From the NCBI RefSeq assembly GCF_009914755.1, contig NC_060925.1: a stretch of 64,000 bases of DNA; one strand, 5' to 3'. Within the stretch, counting starts at the first letter, position 1, and each line of letters starts with the position of its first letter. Position numbers and translations under genes: made by a program. Below the pieces are notes generated by a model. The model did no database searches. It was given only the letters and a program-made list of their open reading frames with translations, and had not been told where the DNA came from. Of this stretch, positions 1 to 13,249 are shown piece after piece. This DNA is from the human T2T-CHM13v2.0 reference genome, Homo sapiens.

Positions 1-13
1 ATCCAACGGAAGC

Positions 14-24
14 TAATGGAATCA
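14..24 (+). promoter_or_regulatory. DUX4-type double-homeodomain motif TAATGGAATCA (site 1 of 2 per unit; example copy)
   Basis: Matches the TAAYBBAATCA consensus and recurs at the same position in each unit. DUX4 binding to and activation of HSATII is established, but occupancy of this copy cannot be seen from sequence. Confidence 0.45.
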
Positions 25-770
25 ACATCGAATGAATCGAATGGAAACACCATCGAATTGAAACGAATGGAATTATAATGAAATTGAAATGGATGGACTC
101 ATCATCGAATGGATTCGAATGGAATCATCGAATAAAATTGATTGAAATCATCATCCAATGGAATCGAATGGTATCATTGAATGGAATGGAATGGAATCAT
201 CATCAGATGGAAATGAATGGAATCGTCATAGAATGGAATCGAATGGATTCATTGAATGGAATCAGATGGAATCATCGAATGGACTGGAATGGAATCATTG
301 AATGGACTCGAAAGGGATCATGATTGAATGGAATTGAATGGAATCATCGAATGGTCTCGATTGGAATCATTATCAAATGGAATCGAATGGAATCACCGAA
401 TAGAATCGAATGGAACAATCATCGAATAGACTCAAATGGAATTATCCTCCAATGGAATCGAATGGAATTATCGAATGCAATCGAATGGAATTATCGAATG
501 CAATCGAATAGAATCATCGAATGGACTCGAATGGAATCATCGAATGGAATGGAATGGAACAGTCAATGAACTCGAATGGAATCATCATTGAATGGAATCG
601 AATGGAATCATCGAGTGGAATCGAATGGAATTATGATCAAATGGAATCGAATGTAATCATCATCAAATGGAATCAAAAATAACCATCATCAATTGGTATT
701 GAATGGAATTGTCATCAAATGGAATTCAAAGGAATCATCATCAAATGGAACCGAATGGAATCCTCATTGA

Positions 771-1706
771 ATGGAAATGAAAGGGGTCATCATCTAATGG
801 AATCGCATGGAATCATCATCAAATGGAATCGAATGGAATCATCATCAAATGGAATCTAATGGAATCATTGAACAGAATTGAATGGAATCGTCATCGAATG
901 AATTGAATGCAATCATCGAATGGTCTCGAATGGAATCATCTTCTAATGGAAAGGAATGGAATCATCGCATAGAATCGAATGGAATTATCATCGAATGGAA
1001 TCGAATGGTATCAACACCAAACGGAAAAAAACGGAATTATCGAATGGAATCGAAGAGAATCTTCGAACGGACCCGAATGGAATCATCTAATGGAATGGAA
1101 TGGAATAATCCATGGACTCGAATGCAATCATCATCAAATGGAATCGAATGGAATCATCGAATGGACTTGAATGGAATAATCATTGAACGGAATCGATTGG
1201 AATCATCATCGGATGGAAACGAATGGAATCATCATCGAATGGAAATGAAAGGAGTCATCATCTAATGGAATTGCATGGAATCATCATAAAATGGAATCGA
1301 ATGGAATCAACATCAAATGGAATCAAATGGAATCATTGAACGGAATTGAATGGAATCGTCATCGAATGAATTGACTGCAATCATCCAATGGTCTCGAATG
1401 GAATCATCTTCAAGTGGAATGGAATGGAATCATCGCATAGAATCGAATGGAATTATCATCGAATGGAATCGAATGGAATCAACATCCAACGGAAAAAAAC
1501 GGAATTATCGAATGGAATCGAAGAGAATCATCGAATGGACCCGAATGGAATCATCTAATGGAATGGAATGGAATAATCCATGGACTCGAATGCAATCATC
1601 ATCGAATGGAATCGAATGGAATCATCGAATGGACTCGAATGGAATAATCATTGAACGGAATCGAATGGAATCATCATCGGATGGAAATGAATGGAATCAT
1701 CATCGA
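771..1706 (+). repeat. Two 468-bp internal sub-repeats of the unit (771-1238 and 1239-~1706)
   Basis: ATGGAAATGAAAGG(G/A)GTCATCATCTAATGG at 771 and 1239; paired ORF starts 882/1350 and 979/1447 are 468 apart. The copies carry fixed differences: TTCTAATGGAAAGG vs TTCAA(A/G)TGGAATGG, GGTATCAACACC vs GGAATCAACATC, TCTTCGAACGG vs TCATCGAATGG. Confidence 0.93.
857..867 (+). promoter_or_regulatory. DUX4-type motif TAATGGAATCA (site 2 of 2 per unit; example copy)
   Basis: GGAATC-TAATGGAATCA-TTGAACAG, recurring in most units. Confidence 0.45.
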
Positions 1707-3629
1707 ATGGAATCGAATAGAATTATGGAATGAAATCCAGTGTGATCATCATCGAATGGACCCGAATGGAATCATCATCCAACGGAAGCTAATGGAATCA
1801 ACATCGAATGAATCAAATGGAAACACCATCGAATTGAAACGAATGGAATTATCATGAAATTGAAATGGATGGACTCATCATCGAATGGATTCGAATGGAA
1901 TCATCGAATAAAGTTGATTGAAATCATCATCGAATGGAATCGAATGGTATCATTGAATGGAATCGAATGGAATCATCATCAGATGGAAATGAATGGAATC
2001 GTCATAGAATGGAATCGAATGGATTCATTGAATTGAATCAGATGGAATCATCGAATGGACTGGAATGGAATCATTGAATGGACTCGAAAGGGATCATGAT
2101 TGAATGGAATTGAATGGAATCATCGAATGGTCTCGATTGGAATCATTATCAAATGGAATCGAATGGAATCACCGAATAGAATCGAATGGAACAATCATCG
2201 AATGGACTCAAATGGAATTATCCTCAAATGGAATCGAATGGAATTATCGAATGCAATCGAATGGAATTATCGATTGCAATCGAATAGAATCATCGAATGG
2301 ACTCGAATGGAATCATCGAATGGAATGGAATGGAACAGTCAATGAACTCGAATGGAATCATCATTGAATGGAATCGAATGGAATCATCGAGTGGAATCGA
2401 ATGGAATTATGATCAAATGGAATCGAATGTAATCATCATCAAATGGAATCAAAAATAACCATCATCAATTGGTATTGAATGAAATTGTCATCAAATGGAA
2501 TTCAAAGGAATCATCATCAAATGGAACCGAATGGAATCCTCATTGAATGGAAATGAAAGGGGTCATCATCTAATGGAATCGCATGGAATCATCATCTAAT
2601 GGAATCGAATGGAATCATCATCAAATGGAATCTAATGGAATCATTGAACAGAATGGAATGGAATCATCATCGAATGAATTGAATGCAATCATCGAATGGT
2701 CTCGAATGGAATCATCTTCTAATGGAAAGGAATGGAATCATCGCATAGAATCGAATGGAATTATCATCGAATTGAATCGAATGGTATCAACACCAAACGG
2801 AAAAAAACGGAATTATCGAATGGAATCGAAGAGAATCTTCGAACGGACCCGAATGGAATCATCTAATGGAATGGAATGGAATAATCCATGGACTCGAATG
2901 CAATCATCATCGAATGGAATCGAATGGAATCATCGAATGGACTCGAATGGAATAATCATTGAACGGAATCGAATGGAATCATCATCGGATGGAAACGAAT
3001 GGAATCATCATCGAATGGAAATGAAAGGAGTCATCATCTAATGGAATTGCATGGAATCATCATAAAATGGAATCGAATGGAATCAACATCAAATGGAATC
3101 AAATGGAATCATTGAACGGAATTGAATGGAATCGTCATCGAATGAATTGACTGCAATCATCCAATGGTCTCGAATGGAATCATCTTCAAATGGAATGGAA
3201 TGGAATCATCGCATAGAATCGAATGGAATTATCATCGAATGGAATCGAATGGAATCAACATCAAACGGAAAAAAACGGAATTATCGAATGGAATCGAAGA
3301 GAATCATCGAATGGACCCGAATGGAATCATCTAATGGAATGGAATGGAATAATCCATGGACTCGAATGCAATCATCATCGAATGGAATCGAATGGAATCA
3401 TCGAATGGACTCGAATGGAATAATCATTGAACGGAATCGAATGGAATCATCATCGGATGGAAATGAATGGAATCATCATCGAATGGAATCGAATAGAATT
3501 ATGGAATTAAATCCAGTGTGATCATCATCGAATGGACCCGAATGGAATCATCATCCAACGGAAGCTAATGGAATCAACATCGAATGAATCAAATGGAAAC
3601 ACCATCGAATTGAAACGAATGGAATTATC

Positions 3630-6468
3630 ATGAAATTGAAATGGATGGACTCATCATCGAATGGATTCGAATGGAATCATCGAATAAAATTGATTGAAAT
3701 CATCATCGAATGGAATCGAATGGTATCATTGAATGGAATCGAATGGAATCATCATCAGATGGAAATGAATGGAATCGTCATAGAATGGAATCGAATGGAT
3801 TCATTGAATGGAATCAGATGGAATCATCGAATGGACTGGAATGGAATCATTGAATGGACTCGAAAGGGATCATGATTGAATGGAATTGAATGGAATCATC
3901 GAATGGTCTCGATTGGAATCATTATCAAATGGAATCGAATGGAATCACCGAATAGAATCGAATGGAACAATCATCGAATGGACTCAAATGGAATTATCCT
4001 CCAATGGAATCGAATGGAATTATCGAATGCAATCGAATGGAATTATCGAATGCAATCGAATAGAATCATCGAATGGACTCGAATGGAATCATCGAATGGA
4101 ATGGAATGGAACAGTCAATGAACTCGAATGGAATCATCATTGAATGGAATCGAATGGAATCATCGAGTGGAATCGAATGGAATTATGATCAAATGGAATC
4201 GAATGTAATCATCATCAAATGGAATCAAAAATAACCATCATCAATTGGTATTGAATGGAATTGTCATCAAATGGAATTCAAAGGAATCATCATCAAATGG
4301 AACCGAATGGAATCCTCATTGAATGGAAATGAAAGGGGTCATCATCTAATGGAATCGCATGGAATCATCATCAAATGGAATCGAATGGAATCATCATCAA
4401 ATGGAATCTAATGGAATCATTGAACAGAATTGAATGGAATCGTCATCGAATGAATTGAATGCAATCATCGAATGGTCTCGAATGGAATCATCTTCTAATG
4501 GAAAGGAATGGAATCATCGCATAGAATCGAATGGAATTATCATCGAATGGAATCGAATGGTATCAACACCAAACGGAAAAAAACGGAATTATCGAATGGA
4601 ATCGAAGAGAATCTTCGAACGGACCCGAATGGAATCATCTAATGGAATGGAATGGAATAATCCATGGACTCGAATGCAATCATCATCGAATGGAATCGAA
4701 TGGAATCATCGAATGGACTCGAATGGAATAATCATTGAACGGAATCGAATGGAATCATCATCGGATGGAAACGATTGGAATCAACATCGAATTGAAATGA
4801 AAGGAGTCATCATCTAATGGAATTGCATGGAATCATCATAAAATGGAATCGAATGGAATCAACATCAAATGGAATCAAATGGAATCATTGAACGGAATTG
4901 AATGGAATCGTCATCGAATGAATTGACTGCAATCATCGAATGGTCTCGAATGGAATCATCTTCAAATGGAATGGAATGGAATCATCGCATAGAATCGAAT
5001 GGAATTATCATCGAATGGAATCGAATGGAATCAACATCAAACGGAAAAAAACGGAATTATCGAATGGAATCGAAGAGAATCATCGAATGGACCCAAATGG
5101 AATCATCTAATGGAATGGAATGGAATAATCCATGGACTCGAATGCAATCATCATCGAATGGAATCGAATGGAATCATCGAATGAACTCGAATGGAATCAT
5201 CATTGAATGGAATCGAATGGAATCATCGAGTGGAATCGAATGGAATTATGATCAAATGGAATCGAATGTAATCATCATCAAATGGAATCAAAAATAACCA
5301 TCATCAATTGGTATTGAATGGAATTGTCATCAAATGGAATTCAAAGGAATCATCATCAAATGGAACCGAATGGAATCCTCATTGAATGGAAATGAAAGGG
5401 GTCATCATCTAATGGAATCGCATGGAATCATCATCAAATGGAATCGAATGGAATCATCATCAAATGGAATCTAATGGAATCATTGAACAGAATTGAATGG
5501 AATCGTCATCGAATGAATTGAATGCAATCATCGAATGGTCTCGAATGGAATCATCTTCTAATGGAAAGGAATGGAATCATCGCATAGAATCGAATGGAAT
5601 TATCATCGAATGGAATCGAATGGTATCAACACCAAACTGAAAAAAACGGAATTATCGAATGGAATCGAAGAGAATCTTCGAACGGACCCGAATGGAATCA
5701 TCTAATGGAATGGAATGGAATAATCCATGGACTCGAATGCAATCATCATCGAATGGAATCGAATGGAATCATCGAATGGACTCGAATGGAATAATCATTG
5801 AACGGAATCGAATGGAATCATCATCGGATGGAAACGAATGGAATCATCATCGAATGGAAATGAAAGGAGTCATCATCTAATGGAAATGCATGGAATCATC
5901 ATAAAATGGAATCGAATGGAATCAACATCAAATGGAATCAAATGGAATCATTGAACGGAATTGAAAGGAATCGTCATCGAATGAATTGAATGCAATCATC
6001 GAATGGTCTCGAATGGAATCATCTTCAAATGGAATGGAATGGAATCATCGCATAGAATCGAATGGAATTATCATCGAATGGAATCGAATGGAATCAACAT
6101 CAAACGGAAAAAAACGGAATTATCGAATGGAATCGAAGAGAATCATCGAATGGACCCGAATGGAATCATCTAATGGAATGGAATGGAATAATCCATGGAC
6201 TCGAATGCAATCATCATCGAATGGAATCGAATGGAATCATCGAATGGACTCGAATGGAATAATCATTGAACGGAAACGAATGGAATCATCATCGGATGGA
6301 AATGAATGGAATCATCATCGAATAGAATCGAATAGAATTATGGAATGAAATCCAGTGTGATCATCATCGAATGGACCCGAATGGAATCATCATCCAACGG
6401 AAGCTAATGGAATCAACATCGAATGAATCGAATGGAAACACCATCGAATTGAAACGAATGGAATTATC
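3630..6468 (+). repeat. Variant unit C, 2,839 bp (two units minus 713 bp)
   Basis: A junction at ~5181 (CATCGAATGAACTCGAATGGAATCATCATTG) jumps from inside sub-repeat 2 to the single-copy part of the next unit. A second copy lies at 53510-56348. Confidence 0.9.
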
Positions 6469-8986
6469 ATGAAATTGAAATGGATGGACTCATCATCGAA
6501 TGGATTCGAATGGAATCATCGAATAAAATTGATTGAAATCATCATCGAATGGAATCGAATGGTATCATTGAATGGAATCGAATGGAATCATCATCAGATG
6601 GAAATGAATGGAATCGTCATAGAATGGAATCGAATGGATTCATTGAATGGAATCAGATGGAATCATCGAATGGACTGGAATGGAATCATTGAATGGACTC
6701 GAAAGGGATCATGATTGAATGGAATTGAATGGAATCATCGAATGGTCTCGATTGGAATCATTATCAAATGGAATCGAATGGAATCACCGAATAGAATCGA
6801 ATGGAACAATCATCGAATGGACTCAAATGGAATTATCCTCCAATGGAATCGAATGGAATTATCGAATGCAATCGAATGGAATTATCGAATGCAATCGAAT
6901 AGAATCATCGAATGGACTCGAATGGAATCATCGAATGGAATGGAATGGAACAGTCAATGAACTCGAATGGAATCATCATTGAATGGAATCGAATGGAATC
7001 ATCGAGTGGAATCGAATGGAATTATGATCAAATGGAATCGAATGTAATCATCATCAAATGGAATCAAAAATAACCATCATCAATTGGTATTGAATGGAAT
7101 TGTCATCAAATGGAATTCAAAGGAATCATCATCAAATGGAACCGAATGGAATCCTCATTGAATGGAAATGAAAGGGGTCATCATCTAATGGAATCGCATG
7201 GAATCATCATCAAATGGAATCGAACGGAATCATCATCAAATGGAATCTAATGGAATCATTGAACAGAATTGAATGGAATCGTCATCGAATGAATTGAATG
7301 CAATCATCGAATGGTCTCGAATGGAATCATCTTCTAATGGAAAGGAATGGAATCATCGCATAGAATCGAATGGAATTATCATCGAATGGAATCGAATGGT
7401 ATCAACACCAAACGGAAAAAAACGGAATTATCGAATGGAATCGAAGAGAATCTTCGAACGGACCTGAATGGAATCATCTAATGGAATGGAATGGAATAAT
7501 CCATGGACTCGAATGCAATCATCATCGAATGGAATCGAATGGAATCATCGAATGGACTCGAATGGAATAATCATTGAACGGAATCGAATGGAATCATCAT
7601 CGGATGGAAACGAATGGAATCATCATCGAATGGAAATGAAAGGAGTCATCATCTAATGGAATTGCATGGAATCATCATAAAATGGAATCGAATGGAATCA
7701 ACATCAAATGGAATCAAATGGAATCATTGAACGGAATTGAATGGAATCGTCATCGAATGAATTGACTGCAATCATCGAATGGTCTCGAATGGAATCATCT
7801 TCAAATGGAATGGAATGGAATCATCGCATAGAATCGAATGGAAGTATCATCGAATGGAATCGAATGGAATCAACATCAAACGGAAAAAAACGGAATTATC
7901 GAATGGAATCGAAGAGAATCATCGAATGGACCCGAATGGAATCATCTAATGGAATGGAATGGAATAATCCATGGACTCGAATGCAATCATCATCGAATGG
8001 AATCGAATGGAATCATCGAATGAACTCGAATGGAATCATCATTGAATGGAATCGAATGGAATCATCGAGTGGAATCGAATGGAATTATGATCAAATGGAA
8101 TCGAATGTAATCATCATCAAATGGAATCAAAAATAACCATCATCAATTGGTATTGAATGGAATTGTCATCAAAAGGAATTCAAAGGAATCATCATCAAAT
8201 GGAACCGAATGGAATCCTCATTGAATGGAAATGAATGGGGTCATCATCTAACGGAATCGCATGGAATCATCATCAAATGGAATCGAATGGAATCATCATC
8301 AAATGGAATCTGATGGAATCATTGAACAGAATTGAATGGAATCGTCATCGAATGAATTGAATGCAATCATCGAATGGTCTCGAATGCAATCACATTCTAA
8401 TGGAAAGGAATGGAATCATCGCATAGAATCGAATGGAATTAACATTGAATGGACTCGAATGGAATCAACATCAAACGGAATCAAGCGGAATTATCGAATG
8501 GAATCGAAGAGAATCATCGAATGGACTCGAATGGAATCATCTTCTAATGGAAAGGAATGGAATCATCGCATAGAATCGAATGGAATTATCATCGAATGGA
8601 ATCGAATGGTATCAACACCAAACGGAAAAAAACGGAATTATCGAATGGAATCGAAGAGAATCTTCGAACGGACCCGAATGGAATCATCTAATGGAATGGA
8701 ATGGAATAATCCATGTACTCGAATGCAATCATCATCGAATGGAATCGAATGGAATCATCGAATGGACTCGAATGGAATAATCATTGAACGGAATCGAATG
8801 GAATCATCATCGGATGGAAATGAATGGAATCATCATCGAATGGAATCGAATAGAATTATGGAATGAAATCCAGTGTGATCATCATCGAATGGACCCGAAT
8901 GGAATCATCATCCAACGGAAGCTAATGGAATCAACATCGAATGAATCGAATGGAAACACCATCGAATTGAAACGAATGGAATTATC
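6469..8986 (+). repeat. Hybrid unit D/E, 2,518 bp
   Basis: D markers up to ~8252 and E markers from ~8312 (TCTGATGG, ATCACATTC, 147-bp duplication). 2371+1455-1308=2518. Confidence 0.85.
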
Positions 8987-11900
8987 ATGAAATTGAAATG
9001 GATGGACTCATCATCGAATGGATTCGAATGGAATCATCGAATAAAATTGATTGAAATCATCATCAAATGGAATCGAATGGTATCATTGAATGGAATCGAA
9101 TGGAATCATCATCAGATGGAAATGAATGGAATCGTCATAGAATGGAATCGAATGGATTCATTGAATGGAATCAGATGGAATCATCGAATGGACTGGAATG
9201 GAATCATTGAATGGACTCGAAAGGGATCATGATTGAATGGAATTGAATGGAATCATCGAATGGTCTCGATTGGAATCATTATCAAATGGAATCGAATGGA
9301 ATCACCGAATAGAATCGAATGGAACAATCATCGAATGGACTCAAATGGAATTATCCTCCAATGGAATCGAATGGAATTATCGAATGCAATCGAATGGAAT
9401 TATCGAATGCAATCGAATAGAATCATCGAATGGACTCGAATGGAATCATCGAATGGAATGGAATGGAACAGTCAATGAACTCGAATGGAATCATCATTGA
9501 ATGGAATCGAATGGAATCATCGAGTGGAATCGAATGGAATTATGATCAAATGGAATCGAATGTAATCATCATCAAATGGAATCAAAAATAACCATCATCA
9601 ATTGGTATTGAATGGAATTGTCATCAAATGGAATTCAAAGGAATCATCATCAAGTGGAACCGAATGGAATCCTCATTGAATGGAAATGAAAGGGGTCATC
9701 ATCTAATGGAATCGCATGGAATCATCATCAAATGGAATCGAATGGAATCATCATCAAATGGAATCTAATGGAATCATTGAACAGAATTGAATGGAATCGT
9801 CATCGAATGAATTGAATGCAATCATCGAATGGTCTCGAATGGAATCATCTTCTAATGGAAAGGAATGGAATCATCGCATAGAATCGAATGGAATTATCAT
9901 CGAATGGAATCGAATGGTATCAACACCAAACGGAAAAAAACGGAATTATCGAATGGAATCGAAGAGAATCTTCGAACGGACCCGAATGGAATCATCTAAT
10001 GGAATGGAATGGAATAATCCATGGACTCGAATGCAATCATCATCGAATGGAATCGAATGGAGTCATCGAATGGACTCGAATGGAATAATCATTGAACGGA
10101 ATCGAATGGAATCATCATCGGATGGAAACGAATGGAATCATCATCGAATGGAAATGAAAGGAGTCATCATCTAATGGAATTGCATGGAATCATCATAAAA
10201 TGGAATCGAATGGAATCAACATCAAATGGAATCAAATGGAATCATTGAACGGAATTGAATGGAATCGTCATCGAATGAATTGACTGCAATCATCGAATGG
10301 TCTCGAATGGAATCATCTTCAAATGGAATGGAATGGAATCATCGCATAGAATCGAATGGAATTATCATCGAATGGAATCGAATGGAATCAACATCAAACG
10401 GAAAAAAACAGAATTATCGTATGGAATCTAAGAGAATCATCGAATGGACCCGAATGGAATCATCTAATGGAATGGAATGGAATAATCCATGGACTCGAAT
10501 GCAATCATCATCGAATGGAATCGAATGGAATCATCGAATGGACTCGAATGGAATAATCATTGAACGGAATAGAATGGAATCATCATCGGATGGAAATGAA
10601 TGGAATCATCATCGAATGGAATCGAATAGAATTATGGAATGAAATCCAGTGTGATCATCATCGAATGGACCCGAATGGAATCATCATCCAACGGAAGCTA
10701 ATGGAATCAACATCGAATGAATCGAATGGAAACACCATCGAATTGAAACGAATGGAATTATCATGAAATTGAAATGGATGGACACATCATCGAATGGATT
10801 CGAATGGAATCATCGAAGAAAATTGATTGAAATCATCATCAAATGGAATCGAATGGTATCATTGAAAGGAATCGAATGGAATCATCATCAGATGGAAATG
10901 AATGGAATCGTCATAGAATGGAATCGAATGGATTCATTGAATGGAATCAGATGGAATCATCGAATGGACTGGAATGGAATCATTGAATGGACACGAAAGG
11001 GATCATTATTGAATGGAATTGAATGGAATCATCGAATGTTCTCGATTGGAATCATTATCAAATGGAATCGAATGGAATCACCGAATAGAATCGAATGGAA
11101 CAATCATGGAATGGACTCAAATGGAATTATCCTCAAATGGAATCGAATGGAATTATCGAATGCAATCGAATGGAATTATCGAATGCAATCGAATAGAATC
11201 ATCGAATGGACTCGAATGGAATCATCGAATGGAATGGAATGGAACAGTCAATGAACTCGAATGGAATCATCATTGAATGGAATCGAATGGAATCATCGAG
11301 TGGAATCGAATGGAATTATGATCAAATGGAATCGAATGTAATCATCATCAAATGGAATCAAAAATAACCATCATCAATTGGTATTGAATGGAATTGTCAT
11401 CAAATGGAATTCAAAGGAATCATCATCAAGTGGAACCGAATGGAATCCTCATTGAATGGAAATGAAAGGGGTCATCATCTAATGGAATCGCATGGAATCA
11501 TCATCAAATGGAATCGAATGGAATCATCATCAAATGGAATCTAATGGAATCATTGAACAGAATTGAATGGAATCATCATCGAATGAATTGAATGCAATCA
11601 TCGAATGGTCTCGAATGGAATCATCTTCTAATGGAAAGGAATGGAATCATCGCATAGAATCGAATGGAATTATCATCGAATGGAATCGAATGGTATCAAC
11701 ACCAAACGGAAAAAAACGGAATTATCGAATGGAATCGAAGAGAATCTTCGAACGGACCCGAATGGAATCATCTAATGGAATGGAATGGAATAATCCATGG
11801 ACTCGAATGCAATCATCATCTAATGGAATCGAATGGAGTCATCGAATGGACTCGAATGGAATAATCATTGAACGGAATCGAATGGAATCATCATCGGATG

Positions 11901-12660
11901 GAAACGAATGGAATCATCATCGAATGGAAATGAAAGGAGTCATCATCTAATGGAATTGCATGGAATCATCATAAAATGGAATCGAATGGAATCAACATCA
12001 AATGGAATCAAATGGAATCATTGAACGGAATTGAATGGAATCGTCATCGAATGAATTGACTGCAATCATCGAATGGTCTCGAATGGAATCATCTTCAAAT
12101 GGAATGGAATGGAATCATCGCATAGAATCGAATGGAATTATCATCGAATGGAATCGAATGGAATCAACATCAAACGGAAAAAAACAGAATTATCGTATGG
12201 AATCTAAGAGAATCATCGAATGGACCCGAATGGAATCATCTAATGGAATGGAATGGAATAATCCATGGACTCGAATGCAATCATCATCGAATGGAATCGA
12301 ATGGAATCATCGAATGGACTCGAATGGAATAATCATTGAACGGAATAGAATGGAATCATCATCGGATGGAAATGAATGGAATCATCATCGAATGGAATCG
12401 AATAGAATTATGGAAGGAAATCCAGTGTGATCATCATCGAATGGACCCGAATGGAATCATCATCCAACGGAAGCTAATGGAATCAACATCGAATGAATCG
12501 AATGGAAACACCATCGAATTGAAACGAATGGAATTATCATGAAATTGAAATGGATGGACTCATCATCGAATGGATTCGAATGGATAAAATTGATTGAAAT
12601 CATCATCAAATGGAATCGAATGGTATCATTGAATGGAATCGAATGGAATCATCATCAGAT
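8312..12660 (+). repeat. Block E-F-G-H, additional copy (paralogs at +21,188 and +33,876)
   Basis: ORF starts 8336/29524/42212, 10763/31951/44639 and 12539/33727/46415 share GGACACATC, AAACAGAATTATCGT, GGAAGGAAATCC and the 9-bp deletion TTCGAATGGATAAAA. Confidence 0.88.
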
Positions 12661-13249
12661 GGAAAAGAATGGAATCGTCATAGAATGGAATCGAATGGAT
12701 TCATTGAATGGAATCAGATGGAATCATCGAATGGACTGGAATGGAATCATGGAATGGACTCAAAAGGGATCATTATTGAATGGAATTGAATGGAATCATC
12801 GAATGGTCTCGATTGGAATCATTATCAAATGGAATCGAATGGAATCACCGAATAGAATCGAATGGAACAATCATCGAATGGACTCAAATGGAATTATCCT
12901 CAAATGGAATCGAATGGAATTATCGAATGCAATCGAATGGAATTATCGAATGCAATCGAATAGAATCATCGAATGGACTCGAATGGAATCATCGAATGGA
13001 ATGGAATGGAACAGTCAATGAACTCGAATGGAATCATCATTGAATGGAATCGAATGGAATCATCGAGTGGAATCGAATGGAATTATGATCAAATGGAATC
13101 GAATGTAATCATCATCAAATGGAATCAAAAATAACCATCATCAATTGGTATTGAATGGAATTGTCATCAAATGGAATTCAAAGGAATCATCATCAAATGG
13201 AACCGAATGGAATCCTCATTGAATGGAAATGAAAGGGGTCATCATCTAA

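Larger units (their letters stand above)
722..2497 (+). repeat. Representative canonical 1,776-bp unit, EcoRI site to EcoRI site
   Basis: GAATTC at 722, 2498 and 4274 (spacing 1,776). Landmark ORF starts at 78, 1854 and 3630 give the same period. Confidence 0.95.
1..8311 (+). repeat. Block A-B-C-D, copy 1 (paralog at +49,880)
   Basis: Same unit lengths (1776,1776,2839) and private variants as 49881-58191: ATTATAATG (~73/49953), AATTGAATCAGATG (2031/51911), CCAAACTGAAAAAA (~5637/55517), CATCTAACGG (~8251/58131). Confidence 0.9.

Noticed and set aside
541-560. Heat-shock elements (nGAAn) as in HSat3 nuclear stress bodies
   Set aside because: GAA units here are direct repeats rather than extended inverted nGAAnnTTCn arrays, and HSF1 stress bodies are established for HSat3 rather than HSat2.
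1015-1040. AAACGGAAAAAAACGGAA A-rich motif as a retro-insertion remnant or terminator
   Set aside because: It is a degenerate AAATGGAATCGAATGGAA monomer; the island variant AAACGGAATCAAGCGGAA is closer to the monomer consensus.
771-8678. Numerical fits 468=18x26, 147=3x49 and 713=31x23
   Set aside because: The segments are irregular mixtures of 10/13/23/26-bp pieces, so exact multiples are probably coincidental without a formal monomer decomposition.
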